From the IMG/VR virus record IMGVR_UViG_3300037245_001419, positions 147,778 through 211,777 of that record: a DNA stretch of 64,000 nt; one strand, 5' to 3'. The translations under genes were made by a program, and so were the position numbers. The notes under the pieces are model-generated. The model saw only the letters and a program-made list of their open reading frames with translations. It did no database searches and was not told where the DNA came from. Of the stretch, positions 29,895 through 40,510 are shown in pieces (position 1 is the first letter of the stretch; every line of letters starts with the position of its first letter).

Positions 29895-30113
29895 TTACCA
29901 AAAGAAAGGTATTACAATAGGTGCTTTAGCTTGTGACCAATCAATAGTACGTCTATTACCTACAAAGATACCCATTGATATACCCCATATACCCATTACA
30001 GGCAAATGAAAATATAAGAAGTTTTCGTGCAACGGTATACCTGCTTTCCAACAAATAAACATACCTATATGCATGCCAATTACAAAAAACGTTAAACAAA
30101 TCATTTTTAACAT
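29895..30113 (-). CDS. small two-TM membrane protein
   Basis: two hydrophobic segments. Confidence 0.65.
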   Translation of the reverse strand: MLKMICLTFFVIGMHIGMFICWKAGIPLHENFLYFHLPVMGIWGISMGIFVGNRRTIDWSQAKAPIVIPFFW

Positions 30114-30397
30114 ATAACACTTCCTTTTAATACAATTAAATTTGCACTCAATGTATTTCGCTTCTCTTCAACTTGTTGTCTTGTTAGGTTATTACTATTC
30201 AAGTCATTAATTATCCATAGAGTATTAAAATACATATCCCATACATCTGGTGATAAATTACAAGCCTTCATATTTCGCACTTCAATAGAATCGTTATAAG
30301 CTTTTACATTACTAATAGTTTTGGTTACACTATTGTACATAAATATCATGAACACCATGAACGCAACTAACAACACACCTACAATATATTCACCCAT
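30107..30397 (-). CDS. membrane-anchored protein
   Basis: N-terminal TM helix. Confidence 0.7.
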   Translation of the reverse strand: MGEYIVGVLLVAFMVFMIFMYNSVTKTISNVKAYNDSIEVRNMKACNLSPDVWDMYFNTLWIINDLNSNNLTRQQVEEKRNTLSANLIVLKGSVIC

Positions 30398-30597
30398 TAG
30401 TTAACCTCTTCATATACTTTAGTTAAAATCTTATCAACATACCGCTCTATGTTAGTTTCATCAACCCCTATTATGTTTAGTGATTTGACAGTGTTGTATT
30501 TGAGTATGTAGTGTCGAGTGTCTTTTTTACGTATCTTTGCAAATTTTAAATGCTCAATACGTTCTCTTACTACACATAACCCATTATATCCAACCAT
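30397..30597 (-). CDS. hypothetical protein
   Basis: own promoter and AGGAG. Confidence 0.7.
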   Translation of the reverse strand: MVGYNGLCVVRERIEHLKFAKIRKKDTRHYILKYNTVKSLNIIGVDETNIERYVDKILTKVYEEVN

Positions 30598-30640
30598 GTT
30601 TAACTCCTTACCTTACCTATTATTAAACATAGCTAATTAA

Positions 30641-30838
30641 CTAAGCATTGTCAACAGAAAAAGTGATAGTTTTACAAATAGTACATATTGCTCTACCATT
30701 ACCGCCCATTTCTTGAGAATGACTTTTTGGGCACGTACACATATTAAGTGCATCCTGTTCTAGTTTTCTAGATTTTGCATTAAGCTTGTGAGCTTCATTT
30801 ATCATTGCAGTAACTTTTTTAATATCTGATTGTCTCAT
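30641..30838 (-). CDS. coiled-coil plus Zn-finger protein, paralog of the C-terminus of 34251-34640
   Basis: MCTCP...ICTIC. Confidence 0.7.
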   Translation of the reverse strand: MRQSDIKKVTAMINEAHKLNAKSRKLEQDALNMCTCPKSHSQEMGGNGRAICTICKTITFSVDNA

Positions 30839-30848
30839 GTTTTCCTTT

Positions 30849-31247
30849 TTAAGCTAGTACATAGCCCAAGAATAAATTGTTAAGGGAGTGGTTTAATTGA
30901 ACGTCTTTAGAGACTGTAGGGGACATTAGAGGACATTCTTTGTCGTGCTCTATGTCATAGCAAGCGTGTAATAATTCATGGTACACAACATGCTTTAATA
31001 TTTCTGGTTTGGCTACTGTATTTTCTGGAATCCATATTATATTGCCATTACGAACACCCATACCCAAACACTCATTAGAAGCATGAGCGATACGTACTTT
31101 AACAGTGGGTAGTATGATCTTATAGTCTGCTAAAAATGATTTAAGATAGGTTATGTGAACCTTAACGATATTAGCCAGTTTTGTCCGTTCTTTAGATTTA
31201 GGCATTAACTTTAATGTTACACCGTCACAACTTGTTGCACTTGCCAT
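30849..31247 (-). CDS. metzincin/zincin-like metallopeptidase domain
   Basis: YHELLHACYDIEH followed by a CPLM Met-turn-like segment. Confidence 0.65.
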   Translation of the reverse strand: MASATSCDGVTLKLMPKSKERTKLANIVKVHITYLKSFLADYKIILPTVKVRIAHASNECLGMGVRNGNIIWIPENTVAKPEILKHVVYHELLHACYDIEHDKECPLMSPTVSKDVQLNHSLNNLFLGYVLA

Positions 31248-31248
31248 A

Positions 31249-31452
31249 TTAAACAGCGTCCAGTGTATCACATAGTGTTGTTGTTTCATCCATTAAGAAT
31301 GCACTGATTTTATCTGAAGAAAATTTACATCTATCTGATAGCTGTTTAAATTCTTCTACACTTATGATAGCTTTTTTGATTAGAGCAATGCGAACATAGT
31401 CGCACTCATAGCTCAATTTTTCTCTTAATTTCTTTAACGTCCGTTCAATCAT
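31249..31452 (-). CDS. hypothetical protein, paralog of 29409-29669
   Basis: TLKKLR...VRIALIK...DKISAFL. Confidence 0.75.
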   Translation of the reverse strand: MIERTLKKLREKLSYECDYVRIALIKKAIISVEEFKQLSDRCKFSSDKISAFLMDETTTLCDTLDAV

Positions 31453-31454
31453 TT

Positions 31455-31562
31455 GGCACTCCTACCGTTATCTATTAATAAATATAGCTTATTAGCTAAT
31501 CATTGTCAACAAAAAAGAGGTACACTAATTAATTTTAGTGTACCTCTTTTCGGTCGGAGTTA
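31455..31562 (-). repeat. modular intergenic cassette: stop-CTCCGACCG, terminator, promoter, RBS
   Basis: near-identical copies at 33779-33879 and 36351-36461; variants at 35255-35358 and 38188-38303. Confidence 0.85.
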
Positions 31563-31772
31563 AAAATCCTCTATTTCGCTGTCTGTGCCTTCTAAAGCTT
31601 CTTGTATAATATGATATTCGTTTTCACTCATACCTTTATCGACACCCAAGGTTTTAAACACTTCAGCCATTGATAACATTTCATCAATACAAGAATTGCG
31701 TAAAAATTCTTTTGCGTGTCCACACTCTTCCAAAGACTCTTTAACAGATTCTACTAGTTCAGCTCTATTCAT
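31560..31772 (-). CDS. small acidic hypothetical protein
   Basis: followed by the cassette terminator. Confidence 0.7.
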   Translation of the reverse strand: MNRAELVESVKESLEECGHAKEFLRNSCIDEMLSMAEVFKTLGVDKGMSENEYHIIQEALEGTDSEIEDF

Positions 31773-31881
31773 TAGTTTTTCCAATTTTTAAAAAGTTTAT
31801 GTGCAATGAGTTGAATTGCAAAACCTGATACAATACCTAGTATAGTAAAGGTTACATCTACATGATACCCAAACAATTCCA

Positions 31882-32229
31882 TTATTTTTTAAATTGGTAA
31901 CAAATATTATTAGCTACTGTTAAACCGCCACATTTAATAGGGTCTCTAACAAGTTTACAACAACCTTGATAAATAAGCTTGTCTAGTATCCGTTTGATAC
32001 TTTTCTTCTTATTCTGTATGAGAGCACTCTCCATATAAGTAGGGACTTTAGGCTCTTTAAAGATAATACCAAATATTTGGCTGATTGAAAAGATAGTATC
32101 ATTCGTAAAGATGATAGTTCTTACTTTTCCGTACAATTCATCATTTGGTATACGATAACTCAAATTAACTTGACTATCCTTAAAGTATTGATCCTTGACA
32201 TAATTAGGTTTTGTTTGTTCTTTATGCAT
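31882..32229 (-). CDS. hypothetical protein (possibly winged-helix)
   Basis: own promoter and AGGAG; SIKRILDKLIYQG. Confidence 0.7.
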   Translation of the reverse strand: MHKEQTKPNYVKDQYFKDSQVNLSYRIPNDELYGKVRTIIFTNDTIFSISQIFGIIFKEPKVPTYMESALIQNKKKSIKRILDKLIYQGCCKLVRDPIKCGGLTVANNICYQFKK

Positions 32230-32295
32230 TGTTACTCCTTACCGTTTCTATTATTAAAGATAGTTAATTAGCTATCCTTTGTCAACAACTAAATG

Positions 32296-32709
32296 TTAAA
32301 ATCTTAAAGAGTATTTGAAAATGTCAGCTATGCTGTTAAGCTTATTTGATTTTTTGGTTAGGTCTTCAATAGTTATCAATTGATTACATAGTTCAGATAA
32401 ATCGGTTGGTGAAATATCGTCGGTTTCATATAAAGTAATATTCTCTTTATACAGATCTCTCAGTTTTGCAAATGATAAAAATATTGTGGCATGTTTCGCT
32501 GTTATATGCTTTATGATTTGCTTATCACCCTGCATAATTTGAAAGAATGGGTATATTAAATCTACACCAAAATGAGACTCTTCTATTAAAACATGGACAC
32601 CGTCAAAGTATTCTCCAATGATAGCATATTTGAAAGAAGGTGTTATATCGACTACTTCATTGCAGTAAACTATTGCGTAACACTTCTTAATTTCAAATGT
32701 TTTTTTCAT
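32296..32709 (-). CDS. hypothetical protein
   Basis: own promoter. Confidence 0.7.
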   Translation of the reverse strand: MKKTFEIKKCYAIVYCNEVVDITPSFKYAIIGEYFDGVHVLIEESHFGVDLIYPFFQIMQGDKQIIKHITAKHATIFLSFAKLRDLYKENITLYETDDISPTDLSELCNQLITIEDLTKKSNKLNSIADIFKYSLRF

Positions 32710-32773
32710 AAATTATTCCTACAGTTTAACTATTATAAAGATAGATAGTTAATTAGTTATGTACTGTCAACAA

Positions 32774-33058
32774 CTAAAGTAATATTTTAACAATGTAAAA
32801 TACAATTTTACGTTTAAAGTCAATTGGGTATAAATGGTTGATTGTAATTAACACCATGCTTTTATAGCTCTCTTTTATGGTAATGGTCGGTGCACAAACA
32901 TGATGATCTTTTACAATATCGTTTCTAATGAGTGTTATACCTGCTTGAACGTCCGATAAATAAGAGCCTTCTTTAGTTTGTGCCTTAACCAGTTTAGGTG
33001 CTTTACGGTCTCTGTGAGCTGTTTTAATTGCCTGTATAATGTTCTTAATAATATCCAT
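32774..33058 (-). CDS. hypothetical protein
   Basis: stop TAG inside TACTTTAGTT. Confidence 0.65.
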   Translation of the reverse strand: MDIIKNIIQAIKTAHRDRKAPKLVKAQTKEGSYLSDVQAGITLIRNDIVKDHHVCAPTITIKESYKSMVLITINHLYPIDFKRKIVFYIVKILL

Positions 33059-33132
33059 GTTTACCTATAAAGAAACTGAAGTATACTATAAACGGAATAA
33101 CATATAGTATACTTCAGTCGGTCGGGTCGGAG

Positions 33133-33768
33133 TTAATATTGTGATTTGCCTGTAACAATGTTTCTTATCGTTTCATTTTGGGTTAGATCAGGTTCTGCTG
33201 TATCAATTAAACCCCACCATGATCCAAACTTAGTCTCTAAAATTATTTCGTTGTGTTCCTTGAGTGCCTTGAGTATGTGGTCACTAACTAAATACCATCG
33301 CTTAACCGTGTAACTTTCTGAATCTAGACCCTTTAGAGTGGTTAGTTTGTCTTCTATCGTGGATTCAATATCCTCTTTTTCATCTAAACAAGTTCTTACA
33401 TTTGAAACGTCTTCAAGTAATTGTGTTAACTTGTCATCATTGGTCATAGTAGGTTCAATACAGTCCTCAATAGCTTCTAAATCGCTCTTCAGTTGATATA
33501 CTTCAGTTGATACATTGTCTAAATCCTGTACGTACTGTTCAATCAAATCTGTAACGTCATCATTGCTGAGTTGTTCACCTTCCCACATATAATACTCAGT
33601 ATTGATAGCGTCATTTTCTAAATGTGGATTACAATTAATTAAATATTCAACTAAAGTACTTTGATCTTTGTAAACCTCTTCTCTGATAAGTTCATAAATC
33701 CTGTAAACAATGTTACTCTCTTTAAATGATGCTTTAACTACTGCATTGCTTTCGTTTGTATGTGACAT
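33133..33768 (-). CDS. conserved phage protein with coiled-coil insert
   Basis: WYLVSD...WWG motif; GGAG RBS before MSHTN. Confidence 0.75.
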   Translation of the reverse strand: MSHTNESNAVVKASFKESNIVYRIYELIREEVYKDQSTLVEYLINCNPHLENDAINTEYYMWEGEQLSNDDVTDLIEQYVQDLDNVSTEVYQLKSDLEAIEDCIEPTMTNDDKLTQLLEDVSNVRTCLDEKEDIESTIEDKLTTLKGLDSESYTVKRWYLVSDHILKALKEHNEIILETKFGSWWGLIDTAEPDLTQNETIRNIVTGKSQY

Positions 33769-33876
33769 AATTTTCTCCAACTCTTAACCTGTATTAAATA
33801 TAGCTAATTAGTTAACCCCTGTCAACAAAAAAAGAGATACACCAAAATTAATTAGTGTACCTCTTTTCGGTCGGAG

Positions 33877-34188
33877 TTATAGTCTTTCGTAATTTTCAAT
33901 CTCACCATTTGAGACATAAAATTTAATTCTGTCAATCTCTTTTTTAGTTTCTTCAATACCAATACCCATAACTAAATTATCAGAGTAGTTTTTGAGGATT
34001 GCTACAATATACTTTAGTTTTTTGTTTAGCTTGTCGGTATCTCTTAACAATATTTCATCTTGTTCCAGTACATTAAATTGTTTACCTTCTGAAATAGTTG
34101 TATTAATTGTTTCTTGATTTATAGCTATACTACATTGCAATTCACAAATTAAATCTATTGCTGTTCTATTCGCTTTAATGCTACTCAT
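33877..34188 (-). CDS. hypothetical protein
   Basis: AGGAG-tgccaaac-ATG leader. Confidence 0.75.
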   Translation of the reverse strand: MSSIKANRTAIDLICELQCSIAINQETINTTISEGKQFNVLEQDEILLRDTDKLNKKLKYIVAILKNYSDNLVMGIGIEETKKEIDRIKFYVSNGEIENYERL

Positions 34189-34250
34189 GTTTGGCACTCC
34201 TACCGTTATCTATTATTAAATATAGCTTATTAACTAAAGTATGTCAACCC

Positions 34251-34640
34251 TTATTGTGATTTGTGACATACTAAACAAATATTATGACCTTCAATATAGA
34301 TAAAACGTCTAGGGGGACACGTACACATTTTTCTAGCTTCCGCTTCCATCTCTCTAGCTTGTTTAATTAGCTTTTGTGCAGTAACAAACATCCCTTTAAT
34401 TTTATTAGCTTTATCGTCTGTCATTTCACGTTTAAGCCATACTTCAGTTTGATTCTCTATTATGTCAATAACAGATAAACGTATACCCATACTATCATCA
34501 TCAACCGTTACACTGTCAACATCTTGTCTATCAACATCTAACTCTAAGTTAAGATCATTATATACTTCTCTTAAGTGCATAGCTAAATCATGTTTGGCTA
34601 TATCGGGGTAGTTTAACGGTAATACTATAGTTAAATTCAT
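34251..34640 (-). CDS. hypothetical protein with C-terminal Zn finger
   Basis: MCTCP...ICLVC. Confidence 0.75.
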   Translation of the reverse strand: MNLTIVLPLNYPDIAKHDLAMHLREVYNDLNLELDVDRQDVDSVTVDDDSMGIRLSVIDIIENQTEVWLKREMTDDKANKIKGMFVTAQKLIKQAREMEAEARKMCTCPPRRFIYIEGHNICLVCHKSQ

Positions 34641-34656
34641 TCGTTGCTCCTACCGT

Positions 34657-34848
34657 TTAATCTGCAAAATTTGCTGTTATGGTATTACATTCAATATCGA
34701 TTGTGATTTCAGTAAAGCCTAAACCTTTAACATAGCCTTGATAAGTAGGTTTTTCTTTAAACTTTTCTACCGCTTCTTTACAAGTTTTACGTTGTTCAGT
34801 TGAGCACAAATATTCACCGTTCTTAAAGATGTTTATTTTTCTAGCCAT
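34657..34848 (-). CDS. hypothetical protein
   Basis: own promoter and GGAG. Confidence 0.75.
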   Translation of the reverse strand: MARKINIFKNGEYLCSTEQRKTCKEAVEKFKEKPTYQGYVKGLGFTEITIDIECNTITANFAD

Positions 34849-34891
34849 TATTTACTCCAATTCTTAACCTGTATTAAAGATAGTTAATTAA

Positions 34892-35251
34892 CTAAGCACT
34901 GTCAACAATAAAAGGTTTAAATTCACAAATATATTCTTTTTTAACCTCTTCAACTAAAGTCAAAAGCTCATTACTAAAGTAAGTACTATCATTTTGAGCC
35001 ATTGAGTCAAGTGCCTTGACAAATGTCAAAATAATTTGATCTTTGGTTGTGATACTTTTTCCAACTTCTAAAATACTTGTCTTAGTAGCAAGCAATAAAT
35101 CTAAAACAGTGCTCTCCAGATTCTTACTGATAATATCATTAATATTAATATCGTCATACTTTTCAGAAAATCTTAGTATACAAGATATACCACTAATAGA
35201 ATTGCTAATATGTGAACCACAATTAGAGTCACTGATTGAACCAATATTCAT
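34892..35251 (-). CDS. hypothetical protein
   Basis: own promoter and GGAG. Confidence 0.7.
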   Translation of the reverse strand: MNIGSISDSNCGSHISNSISGISCILRFSEKYDDININDIISKNLESTVLDLLLATKTSILEVGKSITTKDQIILTFVKALDSMAQNDSTYFSNELLTLVEEVKKEYICEFKPFIVDSA

Positions 35252-35355
35252 AATATACTCCCTGTATTAAATATAGTTAATTAACTAAGCAATGTCAACA
35301 AAAACTGAAGTATACCAAAAATAAATTAGTATACTTCAGTTTAGGCGGTTTGGAG

Positions 35356-36063
35356 TTATTCTTCTATTACTAACTGCATCACTTTAGCAAGTTTCAAAGA
35401 TTGAGATACTGATAGCTTAGTATTGTAAACCTCAATCTTGATAGTGTCATCTTTAACGTGAATACATAAAGAATTATTTTCATCTGAGTAATAATAATTT
35501 TTGTGTTCAATGTATCTACCATTGGGAAAAGCTATTGTAAGAGCCTCAACCGTTTCGGTCTTGAAATTTTTGATTTTAAGAGCTTCCTGCTCCTGTTTTT
35601 CTTTTACGTCCAGTTCCCATTGATTTTCTCTATCTAACCATGTACACAAATCTGTAAGCTTTGTTTTAAGGGTAACAAGATTTTTAAGAAACAAATTGAT
35701 GGTTTTAGGTCGTTCTTCTATTTCGTCACTGTATTGTTTTGAGTTGTTATTGAATTTAGCAACCCGATACAATGTAAACCTGGGGAATTGTTGACACGCA
35801 CAAAAGAACTTATACTTACCATCTAAGACAAGTTCGTTTGAGTTGTCATTGTATTTTGGATTGTTTAACGTGCTTTCAATGGTAGTGAAAAATTGACTAA
35901 AGAATTGTCTGTATACTTCATTTTGTTCTAGTTCGCATAAATTATCCCAAACTCTCATTGAAGGATTTTTCACTAAATACTCAGCAATATCCGAGCGGTT
36001 TGGATATTTTTTAGTCATCATGTGAATTTTATTGACAGAAAGAATAGTTTCAAAAGATCTCAT
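35356..36063 (-). CDS. hypothetical protein
   Basis: AGGAG-tgccaaac-ATG leader. Confidence 0.75.
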   Translation of the reverse strand: MRSFETILSVNKIHMMTKKYPNRSDIAEYLVKNPSMRVWDNLCELEQNEVYRQFFSQFFTTIESTLNNPKYNDNSNELVLDGKYKFFCACQQFPRFTLYRVAKFNNNSKQYSDEIEERPKTINLFLKNLVTLKTKLTDLCTWLDRENQWELDVKEKQEQEALKIKNFKTETVEALTIAFPNGRYIEHKNYYYSDENNSLCIHVKDDTIKIEVYNTKLSVSQSLKLAKVMQLVIEE

Positions 36064-36141
36064 GTTTGGCACTCCTACCGTTTATCTATTAATAAATATA
36101 GCTTATTAATTAATACCTGTCAACAACTAAATCACTTTAGT

Positions 36142-36348
36142 TTATAATATTTCTTGTCTTATTATTTGATGCAATGTATTGTAGTCTCCTTTTCTATACC
36201 TTGCATCCGTATACAAAACCCCTTTGACTTTTCTTTTTGCCTCATGGTCATTATCAGCCATAAATGGTATTATGGTGTTTTTACTGACATTACCACCCAT
36301 TACAACATCAAATTCTACAATATTGTATGTTAATTCATAGTGATTCAT
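36142..36348 (-). CDS. hypothetical protein
   Basis: cassette leader. Confidence 0.75.
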   Translation of the reverse strand: MNHYELTYNIVEFDVVMGGNVSKNTIIPFMADNDHEAKRKVKGVLYTDARYRKGDYNTLHQIIRQEIL

Positions 36349-36458
36349 GTTTGGCGCTCCTACCGTTATCTATTATTAAATATAGTTAATTAACTAACCC
36401 TTGTCAACAAAAAAAGAGATACACCAAAATTAATTAGTGCACCTCTTTTCGGTCGGAG

Positions 36459-36746
36459 TTAAAAGTGTAAAAATAGTTTTGTTGTTTGCTCAAATGTACT
36501 AACCAATTGATCATTATAGATATTTTCAAATCTATCAACTATCGGAGCGTTTTTGCCATGAATTTTAATGAAGTCGATATCATATAAATCCATGCCATTT
36601 AAAGTTATTTTACAGTAGTTTGAGTGACGACTACCCTTGAATCTAAACATTAGGGAGTTATCATCTTTTAAGAATTGTTTCACCCCCAAGAAGTGACTAA
36701 TTCTTGATCCACCCAATTGCTCTAAAATTGTTTCTGCTACTTCCAT
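36459..36746 (-). CDS. conserved phage/MGE hypothetical protein
   Basis: TILEQLGG...DLYDI...IYNDQL...FEQTT motif. Confidence 0.8.
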   Translation of the reverse strand: MEVAETILEQLGGSRISHFLGVKQFLKDDNSLMFRFKGSRHSNYCKITLNGMDLYDIDFIKIHGKNAPIVDRFENIYNDQLVSTFEQTTKLFLHF

Positions 36747-36799
36747 TTGGTACTCCTACCGTTAACTTATATTAAATATAGTTAATTAACTAAAGTATG

Positions 36800-37213
36800 T
36801 CAAGCGTTTTTTAATGCAAAGTAAATTAAATCTTCAATAGTTTTGCAGTCCTCTATTAATGAGTAGATAGTGTGATTAATATCACTACTACTTATACCTT
36901 GACCACTACCCTCAAAATCGCTTTCAAGTTGTTTTGATGCAATGTCACGTATTGCTGTTTGTATTATCTTATTTGATGATCTATAGAGCTTAAAAACACG
37001 TTTCCAATTTTCGGCGTGTGTTAATTCTTTAACAGGTCTTACAATATCACAAGTGATGCATTCACTCATTACTTCTTTAGGAAATGACTCTGTATTAAAC
37101 ATTTGTCCAACAAAATACTTTTTTATTTCAAAATCTGAACTATCACCATTAACTGAAGTTTTCCAACTGTGACCATTTTCACACGTAAGTGTTGCACTAA
37201 TAAGATTTGACAT
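36800..37213 (-). CDS. hypothetical protein
   Basis: cassette leader. Confidence 0.75.
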   Translation of the reverse strand: MSNLISATLTCENGHSWKTSVNGDSSDFEIKKYFVGQMFNTESFPKEVMSECITCDIVRPVKELTHAENWKRVFKLYRSSNKIIQTAIRDIASKQLESDFEGSGQGISSSDINHTIYSLIEDCKTIEDLIYFALKNA

Positions 37214-37286
37214 ATTTGGTACTCCTACCGTTTATCTATTAATAAATATAGCTTATTAATTAACCGTTGTCAATGGATTATACAAA

Positions 37287-37544
37287 TTAATAATTAATTT
37301 TATAACCTTTTCTTAAAATTATATCTCTAACCAATTCCCTGTCTATTGTATCACCATCAAAATCTAGGTCGGGTAGTTCTTCAGCTCTAATTTCAATAGC
37401 TTCTCTAATATCACTATCTTTTAAACCGTCAATTGGATAAATCCCCTCTATAGAGTAAAAGCTATTAAAGTATTCTATAAACTTCTTTATACAATGTTCT
37501 TTTTTATCAGCCTCTGTCATACCATTCAAAATCTCTAAAGTCAT
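37287..37544 (-). CDS. hypothetical protein
   Basis: FDGDTIDRELVRDI; own promoter. Confidence 0.75.
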   Translation of the reverse strand: MTLEILNGMTEADKKEHCIKKFIEYFNSFYSIEGIYPIDGLKDSDIREAIEIRAEELPDLDFDGDTIDRELVRDIILRKGYKINY

Positions 37545-37589
37545 AATTGTAACCCGTTAGTTAACTATATAATAAATATAGCTTATTAA

Positions 37590-37850
37590 TTAACCTTTGT
37601 CAATAAGTTTCTGTATTTCGTCGGTAATAATAATATTATTTTGTGACCTGTTTTTTTCCCAATGTGCACTGTCTGGCAATACACTATTTTTACCGTCATT
37701 TGTCCATATAGTATATTTTGACTTAAAAGGTTTTTCCTTTAAAACAATATTACCTTGTAATGGGAATGTAACCTCATTGTTACAACTATTAAATTTATTG
37801 TACCCATGGATAATAACTCTTTTGCCACCAACTGTTTTAGTCTCAATCAT
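37590..37850 (-). CDS. hypothetical protein
   Basis: operon context. Confidence 0.7.
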   Translation of the reverse strand: MIETKTVGGKRVIIHGYNKFNSCNNEVTFPLQGNIVLKEKPFKSKYTIWTNDGKNSVLPDSAHWEKNRSQNNIIITDEIQKLIDKG

Positions 37851-37923
37851 AATAAGCCTTTAAAAAAACTGAAGTACACTATACCAATGTCAAAAAATAT
37901 AATGTACTTCAGTCGGGTCGGAG

Positions 37924-38187
37924 TTAAATTACTTTAGTTAGTGTATCGGTAAGGTACTGATTAAAATCCTTTACACTTATATCCATTAATGAGCCGTCAA
38001 CTTCAACCCCGTCAACATAACAACGTTGCACCCAAGTTCTATAACACTTCATAACAACATTTTTACCGTTCAACTCAAATTTTGGATAATACCAACTATC
38101 TTTGTCCTGTTTTCTCACGGTGTTAATGTGCTTTACCGCATCAATTACTGTTTTAATCGGGGTCAATGTAATTGCTTCTTTAATCAT
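37924..38187 (-). CDS. hypothetical protein
   Basis: AGGAG-tgccaaac-ATG leader. Confidence 0.75.
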   Translation of the reverse strand: MIKEAITLTPIKTVIDAVKHINTVRKQDKDSWYYPKFELNGKNVVMKCYRTWVQRCYVDGVEVDGSLMDISVKDFNQYLTDTLTKVI

Positions 38188-38300
38188 GTTTGGCACTCCT
38201 ACCGTTATCTATTAATAAATATAGCTAATTAACTAAGTACTGTCAACAAAAAAACTGAAGTATACCAAATAAATTCAATATACTTCAGTTTGGGTCGGAG

Positions 38301-38714
38301 TTAATTTCTAACTTCAAATCCATTTGTTGATGGATTATATTCCATACGCTTAATATTTTTATGTTTAAGGTAGTTTAATAGCATTCCAAACTGTGTAGTC
38401 GCTTTATATTTAGCAGTGCAAGGGTGTTGCATTGCTTTGATCTTAAAGATCTCAAACCCTCTTATAAGCTTCTGAAAATCCACTATCTTATCATCACTAT
38501 AATCAAATAATACTTTAGGGGCGTAAGGCATAAAATAGTCATCACTTGATTGAAACGTAAATTTGCATATTTCTACTAAACAGTGACGATTTTTATCAAA
38601 TGATCTAATTAAAATAGAGTGCTCTCTAATATCCTTAAGAAATCGATTACTATGTGTACTACTTCCATAACTGAAGTAAATTTTCCCTAATTTCAATTGA
38701 ACATAATCTAACAT
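38301..38714 (-). CDS. hypothetical protein
   Basis: cassette leader. Confidence 0.7.
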   Translation of the reverse strand: MLDYVQLKLGKIYFSYGSSTHSNRFLKDIREHSILIRSFDKNRHCLVEICKFTFQSSDDYFMPYAPKVLFDYSDDKIVDFQKLIRGFEIFKIKAMQHPCTAKYKATTQFGMLLNYLKHKNIKRMEYNPSTNGFEVRN

Positions 38715-38785
38715 TTTTTGGCACTCCTACCGTTTATCTATTAATAAATATAGCTAATTAACTAAAGTATGTCAACCCCTAAACG

Positions 38786-39109
38786 CTAATAACCTTTATT
38801 TTTTAACATGGTTGAAATACCACCTGTATTAGCTAAACCTTCTTTTTTAATTAGACCGTTAATACTTTTATTTAATCCTGTTATAGCTTGCTTTGCTTGA
38901 CTTTCTATTATAGCCGTAAATACTTCAGTTATAACCGTTTTTTTACGCTTTCCTACTTTGCCATTTCGAGCCATTTCAGCTACTCTATAAGCATAAAAAT
39001 CATCAAGCTCCTTTATATCACCACACTCATTAAGATACTTTGTAGATACCTTATTAGCCTTTAAAACTACTGTTATGTTCTTGAATACTTTAGTTTGTAT
39101 AGTAACCAT
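38786..39109 (-). CDS. basic hypothetical protein
   Basis: operon context. Confidence 0.7.
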   Translation of the reverse strand: MVTIQTKVFKNITVVLKANKVSTKYLNECGDIKELDDFYAYRVAEMARNGKVGKRKKTVITEVFTAIIESQAKQAITGLNKSINGLIKKEGLANTGGISTMLKNKGY

Positions 39110-39118
39110 AAATAACCC

Positions 39119-39352
39119 CTAAATACAATTAACTAACATTTTCTTAAGCTTCTTTCTTACTTCAGTTTTGCCGAAAAAATCCCCTTTAATGTGACCTTTT
39201 GGTGCCAGTGATATACTAAATTGAATATTATTAGGTATATCATTACATTTAGTATGTTTACGTATGTATTTTACTCTCAATAAATGACCCTGTTTAGTAT
39301 CAATCATTTTAGTAATAACATGCTTTGTTTTGGTACGTGTAACAGTTTCCAT
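39119..39352 (-). CDS. basic hypothetical protein
   Basis: operon context. Confidence 0.65.
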   Translation of the reverse strand: METVTRTKTKHVITKMIDTKQGHLLRVKYIRKHTKCNDIPNNIQFSISLAPKGHIKGDFFGKTEVRKKLKKMLVNCI

Positions 39353-39364
39353 TTTAAGCCCCTT

Positions 39365-40471
39365 TTAAGCTACTATTTTACATCTGGTTATTTTGGTCTG
39401 CTTTTGTTCTTTGTAGGTGCTGTGCTCTTTTATAGTCCCTGTAATAGTACCTTTTGTGCCATTGTCAAAAAACTTATTTGTAGACCATGAAAAGATATAA
39501 TTTTCTTTAGATTGAATAGTGTAAATAAAAGTAGTACCATATTTTGTATCAAAAGAACTTACCCTTATTATTTCACATTCAAAAGATATTTTGTCTTTAA
39601 CCGCTCCAAAAAATTCATTGACGGTTACTTTAGTTTCTTTTTTCTTGATTAACTCAGTACCGTTTAATAGGTAATCAAAAACAGAATAAACAACTAAACC
39701 CTTTTTAGTACTCATAGTAGTGAGTGATAAGAATATATTACGGGTAAATTCTGAATTGTCGGTTTTGATTTTATTTGTCCAGTATTCATAAAACGAATCA
39801 ATATTAAACAGCTTTATAACCGCTTCAAAATCATCTATCTTTTGAACTACAATAGCGTTTACTATATCTATTGTAGTCATACCGTTATTATCGGGTTTTG
39901 CTTTTGAGTAATACCGCTTATCGTTATAGATGACATAAAAAGCTTTGTTTAAAATTTCATCAATACATTCAACGTGTTTAAAATATTCTACCTCTTCTAA
40001 ATTCTGAATACTTACAAACAGCTTTGTATAGTTATCTAACTGCATTGCAATATTAACACCAAAATACTCTTTTGCACAACTACTGGCAATTTGAATAATC
40101 TCTTTTGTTTCGGTATCTTGAAACAAGTGTACTTTTTTACGGTCTCGAATAGTATTACAGTGATCACAGTAAAATTTAACATCAAAGTAGCTACTCAAAT
40201 CAAGATCATTGTCACTTCTAAAAACCATGTTGCCACCTTCAGTTTTTTCAAGTGTAGCAATATATTCAAAGTTTTCATACTGTATTAAAACCGTATCATA
40301 ATTAACCTTAACTATATAATATGATTCTAACTGAAAATCAATCTTTTCATACTTTAGTTCAGATATTTCATAGCTTAGATTAAGGCCATGCTTTAAAGCG
40401 GTTTTAATCAATTTGCCTATCTTATGCTCAAAGCTTTCTCTTAAATCGGGTGATAATTTTAATTCTTTCAT
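39365..40471 (-). CDS. conserved phage protein with Zn-binding site and C-terminal OB-fold-like domain
   Basis: CDHCNTIRDRK...SSCAKEYFG; C-terminal FDTKYG...GTIKEHSTYKEQKQTKITRC. Confidence 0.75.
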   Translation of the reverse strand: MKELKLSPDLRESFEHKIGKLIKTALKHGLNLSYEISELKYEKIDFQLESYYIVKVNYDTVLIQYENFEYIATLEKTEGGNMVFRSDNDLDLSSYFDVKFYCDHCNTIRDRKKVHLFQDTETKEIIQIASSCAKEYFGVNIAMQLDNYTKLFVSIQNLEEVEYFKHVECIDEILNKAFYVIYNDKRYYSKAKPDNNGMTTIDIVNAIVVQKIDDFEAVIKLFNIDSFYEYWTNKIKTDNSEFTRNIFLSLTTMSTKKGLVVYSVFDYLLNGTELIKKKETKVTVNEFFGAVKDKISFECEIIRVSSFDTKYGTTFIYTIQSKENYIFSWSTNKFFDNGTKGTITGTIKEHSTYKEQKQTKITRCKIVA

Positions 40472-40510
40472 CTTTAGGCTCCAACCTTATGTGCTAATAA
40501 ATATAGCTCT

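Noticed and set aside
33877-38196. Shared MPNM N-terminus in three ORFs as a peptide tag
   Set aside because: Artefact of calling the GTG inside the conserved leader AGGAGTGCCAAACATG; RBS spacing favours the ATG 9 nt downstream.
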